Source: Haliotis cracherodii
Taxonomy: Eukaryota
Assembly: GCF_022045235.1 (NCBI RefSeq)
Contig: NW_027266274.1
Coordinates: 17,174,001 to 17,238,000 of the forward strand
Length of the DNA: 64,000 nucleotides
Direction of reading: 5' to 3'
Shown piece after piece: positions 1-12,759 of this stretch. Position 1 is the first letter of the stretch. Every line of letters starts with the position of its first letter. Position numbers and translations under genes: made by a program. The notes beneath the pieces were generated by a model. It saw nothing but the letters and a program-made list of their open reading frames with translations, ran no database searches and had not been told where the DNA came from.

Positions 1-360
1 TCACCCGTAATGGGATGTCCTCAGGTCTTTGTTTAGCAGACGCGAGAAAAAAGATCTGATCTTAATGAGATTGGTGCGACGTAGAACTAAAGCTTTATGA
101 AGCTTGTTTAGTTTTCTTTAGGGGTGCCCAGCTGATGTTAGCTTGCTGTGCCTATATGCCTTCAATGCCTGTCATACCTGTGAGTGCAGTATTATGGTGT
201 TAACAAACTGTTTGAGCATGTACAGCGCCATATTTTGTTTCCAGGCTGTTGTTGGTGATTCTATAATTCAGATCAACAACACTCCCAAAACACTGAACCG
301 CTTCACTCAATATATTTCCAAACACCAAGGAGTGCATGTTTTATTTAGTCATGGTAGAAT

Positions 361-517
361 GGAGATATACATACTGTGTTTTCAATGTAGTGCAAGGTTA
401 CCTGAAGATTTAACCGCGCTAAATTTAACACTGCACATTCGGTTCCAAATTCAGTTTTGCACAGTTAATTCTACAGGTAACCTTACTCTACATTGAAAAC
501 ACAGTATGTATATCTCC
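361..517. mobile_element. Foldback/MITE-like palindrome
   Basis: GGAGATATACATACTGTGTTTTCAATGTAG (361-390) is the exact reverse complement of 488-517, and imperfect pairing continues inward. Confidence 0.7.
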
Positions 518-2293
518 TAATAGTCTCGCTTGTAAAGATAAAAACATATCGAAGGCCAAGTAAAACCAAGATGGAATAGAGCATACACAACCAATCACAA
601 CCTATTTATGAAAGAAGTAAGAAATGTAGCTATAAACACATCGATACAAAAATATCCCCTAAACTTCCACTATAAACAACATGCTAAAAAGTTCCAAATT
701 AAAAACCAAAAGAAAAAATAAACACACACAAGAAACAACGTTATTGCTGAAGATTGGATTACCCGTATGGTTCCGCTGCTGCTGCGACTTGCTGTCCTAA
801 AAGGTTAACACTAAAACTCATCTGTGTGTGTAGACATGTAATAAATATATAATAAATAGAACATTATGTTCGTGTCCATGTCATACTAAGTTTACGTCAC
901 TTGTGGATAAATTCTGGTATTTCTCTAGCGAGACCAGAATTAAGACACTCTTGTTGTAAACAAGAACACTCGTATAATATCCTTGCTAACATCCTGGTAT
1001 AGATCTGCAGTTGAAGACTTAGGTACAGGGCTTGGAAGTGTAACAATAAGTTTTACACAGTCGGTGATAGGACAACTCATGTGGTGTTATACGTAACACA
1101 AAGCAAACAAATTCTACATATTCATTGAAACTTGTCTATTCCGATTAATGTTTAATGTTTCAAATTATTTATTTTCACTTGGTACGGAGTTGCTTTTTTG
1201 TGTACGAGTCATCCAGTTGATTAGGAACAAGTGGGTACAGGTTGTCCAACACTTGGGTACGAGTCCGCCCAAACAGTTTGGGTAAGGATTGTCCGTGCAG
1301 TCACCGCCCAGCTAACACGAAAATGTTATAAAAAAACATCCTTAAAACAGTGTACCAATCTTTCCGGGAATGTTTTAAAAAATGTTTTCTTCACGTGACT
1401 TTGTATGGTTCCAGACATGTTTTAAAAACATTTTCCGGAAACATTTGGTTATAACGTTTCAAAAATGTTTTTGTAAACGTTTTATTCATGTGATATTGTA
1501 TGGTTCCAGAAACGTTTTAGAAACATTTTCTGTGAACATATGATCATAACGTTTCTAACATGTTTACATTTAAGGAACGTTTTCTGTGAACATTTGGTTA
1601 TAACGTTTCTAAAATGTTTTGTAAAGAAACAAGGGTGTTGGAAAGGCAGTTATGCTGCCAATGTTCAAAACGTACAACACCCACTCACTGGTAACAAGAT
1701 ACAAATGATGAGGACAACTAGTCAGAGACTGTAAACCCTTCAGCCATGATGTCTTCAACATTCAGTCAACAAAGAGCTTCAACACTCAGTTCTGTGGACA
1801 TTTTAATATTTTTAGAAACCTTTACATCTTTCTAAATTATTGATTGTCAGAATCTTCTTTCATTGGTCCACTTGATCCACTTTTCTGAAACAAAAACACA
1901 TTCTGAATAAATCTGAAGCAGTCATTAATATATATACAGTATAGATACATCCAACTGAAGAGACAATATTCCATTTAAGATAACGTTTTATCTTTATCGT
2001 TTTATTCTAACAATATGTTTGCAGGTGTTTGGTGGAAACATATTTTAATATTCATTTAGAGACAGATAAAGTCTTGTGGTAACTATAATAGTATAACAGT
2101 ATCACGCATCATATTGAATACAAATGTGTGGTATAGATTTTCCGCATATGCACAATGAATGTTTCACTGCGATCACTGCGTATTGTGTACGTTGGTGTCT
2201 GGTGCAGTTGTTAGGCTTTCAGGAATGTTATTGCCTAATCCCCTCTGCCACAAAGGCTTCCACAAAAATGATAATCTGACATCTGGTAGTCTT

Positions 2294-2679
2294 GGGGCAC
2301 GTTGCAAGCCACGAATCACTTAGAGAAAGCAAATTAATTGCTGCAACAGGTCGAAGCGCATGCGCACTCTTCCAAAATGGCAGCGCAACTACCGTTTGGT
2401 TGTCTTGACATAGAAGAACATAACGAAAGAGACTTGATGAAAGCTGATGAAATTTATGACTACTTTGATGATGTGGAGCAGACTGAGGATGATGGGGTGT
2501 TAGCTACCTTTGCTCATTTCCTCGTAAATCCAGTCCGCTGTCAAAGTCAGATGCCATTTTGGTTTGAGACCGAAGCGACCTCAGCCAGCGATTGTTTCAC
2601 TTGCAAGCGGCTAAACGTTAGCACACTGTTGTAAGGTGAATCACAGCTTGCAAGCGATTCGCACTTTGCAAAGCACCCC
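2294..2679. mobile_element. 386-bp TIR element (PIF/Harbinger- or ISL2EU-like) with an N-terminal transposase-like ORF fragment
   Basis: Imperfect TIRs GGGGCACGTTGCAAG / CTTTGCAAAGCACCCC. The homologous sequence at about 17134-17390 lacks the insertion (empty site GTAGTCTAGATC). Internal ORF 2338-2634 (MAAQLPF...MPFWFET). Confidence 0.6.
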
Positions 2680-3674
2680 TAGATCATGTTTTTTGTGTAC
2701 CCCTCTGACAAGTGTAAATTGGCACGGCTCCAATGGCCGATGGCAATGAATACACAATGCCATTGAGACACTGTTTAGAAACGCTGATACTGGTTTTGAA
2801 AATGAACTTACCCCCTTCGACGATCCAGCTCTTGCTGCACAATGTCACTTGCATGTAGAGTAAACTTGAACTGATGATGGCGAGTGCCAAATATGACATA
2901 ATAGTGTGATGTCATTCTGAAGTCATTTCACGAAACAAATGTCAATTTGTCATGACATTTTTTCAATTGTTTTTCGAAATGCTTTTTTAAATTTTTGTGG
3001 TAATTTTCAAAAACGTTTTAAGACATTTTAATAACTGGTCATGAAAAATAATTAAATGTGAGAGAATGCATCTTTGACCATAGATCTATATTTATTCACT
3101 TCTCAACGTTGTCTCTCTCACGCCCTGCAAATTATGCGCGACTAAATGTAACTGCGTGTGACACTATTTGTGATCAGCAACAAACAAATCATGTGAAGTT
3201 TTGTCTTACTCATATCTGCTATATTTTCTTTAGAAATTTAGTCTACAGATTTAACTGTAACTGTTGTGAAAATGTTCTGTTACTGTATTACCAATACACA
3301 GCATTATGAAAACAGAGTGTGCCAGCTGGCGAACTTGTATCCAACTATAGGCTGTTTGGGTCCTTATCAGTACTCACATGGCGATTATACTCATGAAATT
3401 TTTTTCCAGCATAACATTTCTGCAATGTGTTTAAAACATTGCAATAACATTTTATAAAAAAGTATCTCCTATGTTGTGGCATGATGTTCTTGAAAAACAT
3501 TTTAAAAACATGTTAATAACATTTTGAATAATTATGAAACATTTACACCTTATTCGGATGATTTTACATATGTGTACACAGTGTATTTAAAACATGATGA
3601 TAACATTTCATTAAATATGTTCCGGCAAAACATTTCTGCAACATGTTGAAAACACTGTAATAACATGCTATGAT

Positions 3675-3940
3675 TGGTTGGTTGGTTGGTTGTTTAACGC
3701 CGCACTGAGCAGTATGACAGCTATGTGACTGCAGTCTGTAAATAATCTAGTCTGGACCAGACAATCAAGTGATTAATATCATGAACCTCAATCCACACAA
3801 TGTGGGATCGATGACATGCATCAACCAAGTCAGCGAGCCTGACCACCCGATCCCGTTAGTCGCCTCTTACGAAGCGTAGTTGCCTTTTATGGCAAGCATG
3901 GGTTTCTGAAGACCTATTCTACCCCGGATCTTCACGGGTC
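3675..3940 (-). mobile_element. SINE family 1 (non-tRNA head, RTE-5'-like motif)
   Basis: Minus strand reads GACCCGTGAAGATCCGGGG...GTAAGAGGCGACTAA...GCGGCGTTAAAC(AACC)n. 15-bp TSD ATAACATG(C/T)TATGAT at 3660-3674 and 3944-3958. Confidence 0.85.
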
Positions 3941-5414
3941 TATATAACATGTTATGATATAGTTTTGCCTATGTTATAGCATGATGTTCTTGAATAACAT
4001 TTTGAAAACATTTCAATAACATTTTGAATAGTTCTAAAACATTTCTAAAAACGTTGATAAAATGTTTTGACGAAAATGTTTTTGAAAAAAATACAATGAA
4101 ACCTTTTGAAAATGTTTTGAAAATGTTATGTGTTAGCTGGTCGTCTCACTATACATCACCAAACAGTCAAACGGGCGCGGAACCTCCAATGTTGACAAGT
4201 CAGGACGCGAAACTTGACATTATATCTCAACCCGGGGATTGTGTCATGCCTGTCATGTCTGTGTCAATTTCCCACAGAACATACAAACACATACTCACCA
4301 ATTGTGTGTCACTGCCTCCTGAGACGGTAAAATTCGTCCACAGTCAATTTGTGCCGTCTTACTTCCTAGTTTCCGAGGAAATCCCCAAACCTATTTTTAG
4401 TATCATACGCACAAAATATTTTAGGCCATTTGATTGGTCCATGCGGCCGGCAGCCAGCCAATCTCCGGCGCAGTTGTGACTATGACTCATCATAACAAGG
4501 AACTCCGGGTAGGAGAGTCGCAGCCAGCCAGCCAGCATAGTATTATGCTGAGTCACTACTTCGTTGGAGTGTATTATAAAATCCTCCAGATCCTCCACTT
4601 GGTGTCGCTGCACTTGTTCCGCTTTCAAATCAAAGGACAGCTAAACCAGTTTACCGTAACGTCAAGGTGAAGGTTGTTTAAACCGGTCGTTCCAGTCTGT
4701 CCCAATCTGTCGCAGAAACGAACGGGAACCAGTCTAGGTATAAAACGTCACAGGAAGGATGCGAAGCAAATAATAATATATATCTATTTTTGAAACAAAA
4801 AAGGACATTATTACGTCGAAACACAAATTGATGAATATTTTTCGGTTGCGAGTGATAATATGAATAATAGTATTTTGGGGAGGGACTGCAGACATACGTT
4901 GTTCGGAACGTGACACGAACAGACGATGACAGATAAAGTGTTTTGGTGTTTGCCGTCCTCAGAACTGATGCAGGTTGTACCTCGGCCACACCGTAGCCGG
5001 GTCAAAATAATGTATAAGTTCATAAACCTAACTTCATATCATTCAAATATTAAATCTTTCGCTTTTCTCAATGTCTGAAAATACGTATTTTATTTCAAAT
5101 TAATTATTTTATCGATAAATTTGAAAAAGATTGACATGTTCCATACAGACCCCTTGTGAAATTTTTCCAATATCATTTCCTGAAATGGTTAAAGCGCAAT
5201 TTAAAGACCTTTTAAAGCAAATAGTAAATAAATTGAAATAATAAGATCAACAAACATATTTATAAAAATGGTCAAACTAACATCTGAGTTACTATTTATT
5301 TTCGTACGATCGTGTAATGTAAGTCAAATGACATCTCAGCATTTGTCGCCTCGATTTTGAGGCTCGGACACGATGTTCAATGCCAAAATATATGTTGATG
5401 ACAGATGAAGTGTT

Positions 5415-8400
5415 TCATGCATACTCGTGAACCTCCCCACCCCAGGCCGAGGGACGCTCATCATGCATACTCGTGAACCTCCCCACCCCAGGCCTAGGGA
5501 CGCTCATCATGCATACTCGTGAACCTCCCCACCCCAGGCCGAGGGACGCTCATCATGCATACTCGTGAACCTCCCCACCCCAGGCCGAGGGACGCTCATC
5601 ATGCATACTCGTGAACCTCCCACCACAGGCCGAGGGACGCTCATCATGCATACTCGTGAACCTCCCCACCCAAGGCCGAGGGACGCTCATCATGCATACT
5701 CGTGAACCTCCCCACCCCAGGCCCAGGGACGCTCATCATGCATACTCGTGAACCTCCCCTCCCCAGGCCGAGGGACGCTCATCATGCATACTCGTGAACC
5801 TCCCCACCCCAGGCCGAGGGACGCTCATCAGGCATACTCGTGAATCTCCCCACCCCAGGCAGATGGACGCTCATCAGGCATACTCGTGAACCTCCCACCA
5901 CAGGCCGAGGGACGCTCATCATGCATACTCGTGAACCTCCCCACCCCAGGCCCAGGGACGCTCATCATGCATACTCGTAAACCTCCCCACCCCAGGCCGA
6001 GGGACGCTCATCATGCATATTCGTGAACCTCCCCACCCCAGGCCCAGGGACGCTCATCATGCATACTCGTGAACCTCCCCACCCCAGGCCGAGGGACGCT
6101 CATCATGCATACTCGTGAACCTCCCCACCCCAGGCCGAGGGACGCTCATCATGCATACTCGTGAACCTCCCCACCCCAGGCCCAGGGACGCTCATCATGC
6201 ATACTCGTGAACCTCCCCACCCCAGGCAGATGGACGCTCATCATGCATACTCGTGAATCTCCCCACCCCAGGCAGATGGACGCTCATCAGGCATACTCGT
6301 GAACCTCCCCACCCCAGGCCCAGGGACGCTCATCATGCATACTCGTGAACCTCCCCACCCCAGGCCGAGGGACGCTCATCAGGCATACTCGTGAACCTCC
6401 CCACCCCAGGCCCAGGGACGCTCATCATGCATACTCGTAAACCTCCCCACCCCAGGCCGAGGGACGCTCATCATGCATACTCGTGAACCTCCCCACCCCA
6501 GGCCGAGGGACGCTCATCATGCATACTCGTGAACCTCCCCACCCCAGGACGAGGGACGCTCATCATGCATACTCGTGAACCTCCCCACCCCAGGCCGAGG
6601 GACGCTCATCATGCAGACTCGTGAACCTCCCCACCCCAGGCCCAGGGACGCTCATCATGCATACTCGTGAACCTCCCCACCCCAGGCAGATGGACGCTCA
6701 TCATGCATACTCGTAAATCTCCCCACCCCAGGCAGATGGACGCTCATCAGGCATACTCGTGAACCTCCCCACCCCATGCCCAGGGACGCTCATCAGGCAT
6801 ACTCGTGAACCTCCCCACCCCAGGCCGAGGGACGCTCATCATGCATACTCGTGAACCTCCCCACCCCAGGCCGAGGGACGCTCATCATGCATACTCGTGA
6901 ACCTCCCCACCCCAGGCAGATGGACGCTCATCAGGCATACTCGTGAACCTCCCCACCCCAGGCCCAGGGACGCTCATCAGGCATACTCGTGAACCTCCCC
7001 ACCCCAGGCCCAGGGACGCTCATCATGCATACTCGTGAACCTCCCCACCCCAGGCCGAGGGACGCTCATCAGGCATACTCGTGAACCTCCCCACCCCAGG
7101 CCCAGGGACGCTCATCATGCATACTCGTAAACCTCCCCACCCCAGGCCGAGGGACGCTCATCATGCATACTCGTGAACCTCCCCACCCCAGGCCCAGGGA
7201 CGCTCATCATGCATACTCGTGAACCTCCCCACCCCAGGCCGAGGGACGCTCATCATGCATACTCGTGAACCTCCCCACCCCAGGCAGATGGACGCTCATC
7301 AGGCATACTCGTGAACCTCCCCACCCCAGGCCCAGGGACGCTCATCAGGCATACTCGTGAACCTCCCCACCCCAGGCCCAGGGACGCTCATCATGCATAC
7401 TCGTGAACCTCCCCACCCCAGGCCGAGGGACGCTCATCAGGCATACTCCTGAACCTCCCCACCCCAGGCCCAGGGACGCTCATCATGCATACTCGTAAAC
7501 CTCCCCACCCCAGGCCGAGGGACGCTCATCATGCATACTCGTGAACCTCCCCACCCCAGGCCGAGGGACGCTCATCATGCATACTCGTGAACCTCCCCAC
7601 CCCAGGACGAGGGACGCTCATCATGCATACTCGTGAACCTCCCCACCCCAGGCCGAGGGACGCTCATCATGCAGACTCGTGAACCTCCCCACCCCAGGCC
7701 CAGGGACGCTCATCATGCATACTCGTGAACCTCCCCACCCCAGGCAGATGGACGCTCATCATGCATACTCGTAAATCTCCCCACCCCAGGCAGATGGACG
7801 CTCATCAGGCATACTCGTGAACCTCCCCACCCCATGCCCAGGGACGCTCATCAGGCATACTCGTGAACCTCCCCACCCCAGGCCGAGGGACGCTCATCAT
7901 GCATACTCGTGAACCTCCCCACCCCAGGCCGAGGGACGCTCATCATGCATACTCGTGAACCTCCCCACCCCAGGCAGATGGACGCTCATCAGGCATACTC
8001 GTGAACCTCCCCACCCCAGGCCCAGGGACGCTCATCAGGCATACTCGTGAACCTCCCCACCCCAGGCCCAGGGACGCTCATCATGCATACTCGTGAACCT
8101 CCCCACCCCAGGCCGAGGGACGCTCATCAGGCATACTCCTGAACCTCCCCACCCCAGGCCCAGGGACGCTCATCATGCATACTCGTAAACCTCCCCACCC
8201 CAGGCCGAGGGACGCTCATCATGCATACTCGTGAACCTCCCCACCCCAGGCCCAGGGACGCTCATCATGCATACTCGTGAACCTCCCCACCCCAGGCCGA
8301 GGGACGCTCATCATGCATACTCGTGAACCTCCCCGCCCCAGGCCGAGGGACGCTCATCATGCATACTCGTGAACCTCCCCACCCCAGGCCCAGGGACGCT

Positions 8401-8804
8401 CATCATGCACACTCGTGAACCTCCCCACCCCAGGCAGATGGACGCTCATCATGCATACTCGTAAATCTCCCCACCCCAGGCAGATGGACGCTCATCAGGC
8501 ATACTCGTGAACCTCCCCACCCCATGCCCAGGGACGCTCATCAGGCATACTCGTGAACCTCCCCACCCCAGGCCGAGGGACGCTCATCATGCATACTCGT
8601 GAACCTCCCCACCCCAGGCCGAGGGACGCTCATCATGCATACTCGTGAACCTCCCCACCCCAGGCAGATGGACGCTCATCAGGCATACTCGTGAACCTCC
8701 CCACCCCAGGCCCAGGGACGCTCATCATGCATACTCGTGAACCTCCCCACCCCAGGCCCAGGGACGCTCATCATGCATACTCGTGAACCTCCCCACCCCA
8801 GGCC
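5415..8804. repeat. 46-bp minisatellite, about 74 copies
   Basis: Unit TCATGCATACTCGTGAACCTCCCCACCCCAGGCCGAGGGACGCTCA; highly homogeneous. Confidence 0.97.
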
Positions 8805-8982
8805 AAATTTGATACTCGAATTTCGCTAAACATAATCCCGTGGATGAAGCAGATGTGAAACTGAAACTAATCAAATATCATCATTTTACTAATTATTTTC
8901 GGGATTAGTGGATCTGTAATTAACTGTATGAAGGAGTGTAGTCCTTCGCTATGACTGTGGAATTTATAAACTGGTATATATA

Positions 8983-9685
8983 TACTCAACAACAAAAGTT
9001 CCCGTGACACCAATATTTTAGTGTATTTTTCAAACAAGTAAAGTTTGGTTTTCAATATTGTAGTACATGTATGGAATCAAGTCACAAAAACGCAACTGCT
9101 ACAGAAAAGCATGCATTCCATGCAAAAGTTGACTTTTTTGCAAGCCCCATGCATTTCACTACCCAAATATGGGTATAAAAACATGTGCGTTAACGGGATT
9201 CCCTATTTCCATTTGCATTGTTTAGCATCATGCTGACAACAACCACTCAGAAAAACAACAAAATTACGCAATTATTCAACATTACGAAATGCCGCCTGTC
9301 CGAAAATGTGCGTCTGGAGGCATCGGTATGCTTGAAGCAGGATCGAGTCAACGTGATGTTGCAAGACAATTTAACGTCCACAGAAACACCATTTGGTGTT
9401 TATGGCAACGTTGGCAACAGACGAATGCAGTCAGAGACCATCCTCGGAGTGGCAGGCCACGCGTAACCACTAATCGACAAGACAACTGGATTCGAACAAC
9501 ACACTTACGAAATCGATTCCAGCCAGCAACAGTGACTGCAAGAAGCATCCCTGGCCTTCAACGAATATCTTCACAAACCGTACGTCGTCGCCTCAGATGT
9601 GCAGGGATTGTCACCGAAAGACCCACCAGACGTCCCATTTTGGCAGGAAACCACCGTCAAGCACGTCTACAGTGGTACAGACAGT
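8983..9685 (+). mobile_element. Tc1-family transposon, 5' half (frameshifted transposase N-terminus)
   Basis: ORF 9289 onward: GMLEAGSSQRDVARQFNVHRNTI...RSGRPRVTT...RRPIL, the Tc1 paired-like DNA-binding domain. Frameshift near the start and truncated before the DDE domain. Confidence 0.85.
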
Positions 9686-9970
9686 ATTTGTTTATGGGGA
9701 GGGGTTGTGTGTGCGTGTGCGTGCGCGTGTGCGCGTGCGTGTTGGTGTTGAAAACAGGTGTGTGCAGTTGGTTTTACGTCTGTAACACCATAAACGCAAC
9801 ACATATTGAAGTCAACTATTAAAAATAAATATGTAATAATAATATCTTCACAGACTTCACATTTAATATTTGACACAAACACTGGGGACAACAATCCAAA
9901 GTCGGTGACATCCGTTAGTGGGTTAATGGCACAGAAGTCTAGCCAGTATAAGCAGTCACACGCACACACA

Positions 9971-10002
<32 letters not shown>

Positions 10003-10170
10003 GAAGTGCATGCATGTCGCTTTATGAATGCAATAATCTTGAGTCTGACGTTAAGCCCCATTTCACCTCACTACATACTCCCCTGGTGAGATTACACGGA
10101 ATTCCCTAATTTCCACGTTTCTACGTGTAAATTCTTGCCCCAGTTGAAACAACGGTAGAATACCCATCTA

Positions 10171-10652
10171 CACTCTTCAAAAAAAAGAAACGCACGGGTA
10201 GATTTTCAGAAAATGTATTGTACCTAATAAAGTCGATATATTTAAATTAATATCATAGACACAAATATGAAATTTTGGAGCTCGATAGTCACATGTCGCT
10301 GTACAAAGGCACTGAAAACTGTTCATTGTCATATCACATAAGTCACAAGGTGGCGCTGAACTCAGTATCCCCTGTGACCGTGTAGACGTTCATCCTAGAG
10401 GTGTTCGACTGGGTTGAGATCTGGAGATCTCGACGGTCAGCGCAAGACGTTGATGTTGGCATTATGAAGGTAGTCTACCGTGACACGAGCTGTGTGCGAG
10501 CGTTGTGTGGAGCGTTGTTCTTTTAAAACAGCTCCCTCTGGCGGTCAATGATTGGAAGTAGATGATGTTGAAGAATTTGATTCATGTAGCGATTTGCTGT
10601 CACATTTTCCTGAACCACAACCAAGTCAGATCTCGTGGTGTAGGATATATCC

Positions 10653-10683
<31 letters not shown>

Positions 10684-11615
10684 ACACGCCTCCCGCCCCC
10701 AACCCACACACACACCATGACACTACCTCTACCGAATTTGTCGAATTCACGTACACAATGTGGGGCAAAACGCTCATTCCGACGACAATAAACACGTTGT
10801 CTTCCATCTCGTCGGTGAAGAAGAAATCGTGATTCATCGCTAAACCACACTCGTCTCCAGTTTCTCAAATTCCAAGGCTGCATGTAAGGTATGGCACAAA
10901 CGCTAGCGTCGCTGTCCATGCATCTGTTGCAAAACAGGGACGATGACTGGTCTTCTGGGTCGGATTCCAGCCTCGCGAAGATGGTTCCTGGCAGTCTGGT
11001 CCGATATCCTCCCCAAACCAGGGATGCGTCCTGCAGTTTCCGTAGCTGTGGCATTGCGATGACGTAGGTGGAACAGTCGAATGTAGCGATCCTGTGCAGG
11101 GGTGGTATCTCTTGTTCGGCCGGTTTTCGGACGGTCTGCAGTAGAATTGAACTGTGTGTATCGGTCACAAAGGTGGCAAATGGCGCTGTGGTGGACGTTG
11201 AAGTGGCGTGCAACAGAAGACTGCGATTCCCCTCTTTGGATACGTCCTATGGTGATGTTCCGATCGGCAGCGCTGAGTCTCGGCATTTTCGAACTTGAAA
11301 AATGTTGACAATTGAATGACAAATTATTGGCTTGTGCTTGCCTTTTTATAGCCACTACCACGAGTTATGGCATTCGTAACTTGCACGTGCATTTTGCTTT
11401 ACTGTTTTCCTCCATGACATTTTTGAACAAGTGTGAAAACAATGCCGTTTAAGACATTGCAAATCGACAATGGCTGCGTTTTGACCCACCTTTTGTCGAA
11501 TATCAGACCACCAACATTTTCCAATAACATATATCCAATTTATATACCGAATTTTTTGTGTAGTCAGGTTCAATATACTACATACTACGCGTGCGTTTCT
11601 TTTTTTTGAAGAGTG
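10171..11615 (-). mobile_element. Full-length defective Tc1 element
   Basis: TIRs CACTCTTCAAAAAAAAGAAACGCACG / CGTGCGTTTCTTTTTTTTGAAGAGTG with TA TSDs (10169-70, 11616-17). Transposase from ATG 11286: MPRLSAADR..., WFSDESRF, SPDLNPVEHL, with stops and frameshifts. Confidence 0.93.
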
Positions 11616-11659
11616 TAAAACATTATCCGCGCTGTTCATGACAGTTGTGACACACCCAT

Positions 11660-12316
11660 ACCCAGTTAGATACGGAGCCGATACCCGGGTAGATAAGGAG
11701 CCGATAGCGGGGTAGATAAGGAGGCGATACCGGGTAGATAAAGAGGCGATACCCGGATAGAAAAGGTGCCGATACCCGGATATATAAGGAGCCGATAGCA
11801 GGGTAGATAAGGAGACGATACCCGGGTAGATAAGTATGCGATACCCGGGTAGATAAGTATGCGATACCGGGGTAGATAAGGAGCCGATAGCGGGGTAGAT
11901 AAGTATGCGATACCGGGTAGATAAGGAGCCGATATCAGGGTAGATACGGAAGCAATACCCAGGTAGATAAGGAGGCGATACCCAGTAAGTTAAGGAGCCG
12001 ATAACCGTGTAGATAAGGAGGCGATGCCCGGGTAGATAAGGAGCCGATATACGGGTAGATACGGAGGCGATAACCAGGTTGATAAGGAGGCGATGCCCGG
12101 GTAGATAAGAAGCCGATAACCGGGTTGATAAGGAGCCGATAACCGGGTAGATAAGGAGCCGATAACCAGGTAGATAAGGAGCCGATAACCAGGTAGATAA
12201 GGAGGCGATGCCCGGGTAGATAAGGAGGCGATACCCGGGTAGATACGGAGGCAATACCTGGGTAGCCGATACCTAATTAGTAAAATAGCCGATACCCGGG
12301 TAGATAAGGAGCCGAT
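11660..12316. repeat. 23-bp minisatellite
   Basis: Unit GATAAGGAGCCGATACCCGGGTA, about 28 copies. Confidence 0.93.
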
Positions 12317-12759
12317 AAGGGGCGGGTGAGGAGGGGGGAACGATGGAGTGGTGGAGTGGCGTGAGAAATCCAAATGTAGTATGTTGCAGGATACAAAATT
12401 CTAGTTCCGCCTTTGAAATAACTCCTTTAGTTTAAATTGAAAAGGTGCCCCAGCTAGTGAGATGAGATTCAGAACCTGATGAAAATCTAGAATTCCTTCA
12501 TTTAGAGCTTTTGTATTACAGAAACGGCTGGGAGGGAGGGAAATGATGGGGTTCAGGGAATGTGAGACAAACTAATCGATACGGTACACGAACCATCAGC
12601 AGATAGTACGAAACAGTGGCAGCCAGTCAAATGGTGGCAAATATTATGCGCAGCTGCAGCTATAAATAGGAAAAAGGGATTTCCCAGAAGAAAGACAGGA
12701 GGTGAAATTTCGACATACTGATCATCGATTGAGCCAGCGGCAGCATGGGCGTCACACAG

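Larger units (their letters stand above)
1307..4141. mobile_element. Non-autonomous DNA transposon, EnSpm/CACTA-like, carrying nested insertions
   Basis: Termini CCCAGCTAACAC...GTGTTAGCTGG(T) with a 2-bp CG duplication (1305-1306, 4142-4143). Dense subterminal AAAACGTT/AAACATT/AATGTTTT motifs at both ends. Superfamily is inferred from the terminus and TSD type. Confidence 0.7.

Noticed and set aside
1-75. Terminal inverted repeat paired with 60581-60655 defining a 60-kb element
   Set aside because: Diverged 75-bp match, most simply two copies of a dispersed MITE end; the left copy is cut by the window edge.
143-496. 117-aa ORF
   Set aside because: Non-ATG start, runs through a palindromic MITE, and no recognisable homology.
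4024-5023. Several 60-150-aa ORFs and CCAAT-like boxes
   Set aside because: No recognisable motifs and no consistent exon chain could be built.
5415-8804. CRISPR-like array
   Set aside because: Head-to-tail units with no unique spacers, no cas genes, and a eukaryotic context.
11355-12373. 299-aa and 127-aa Pro/Tyr-rich ORFs
   Set aside because: Products of the 23-bp minisatellite.
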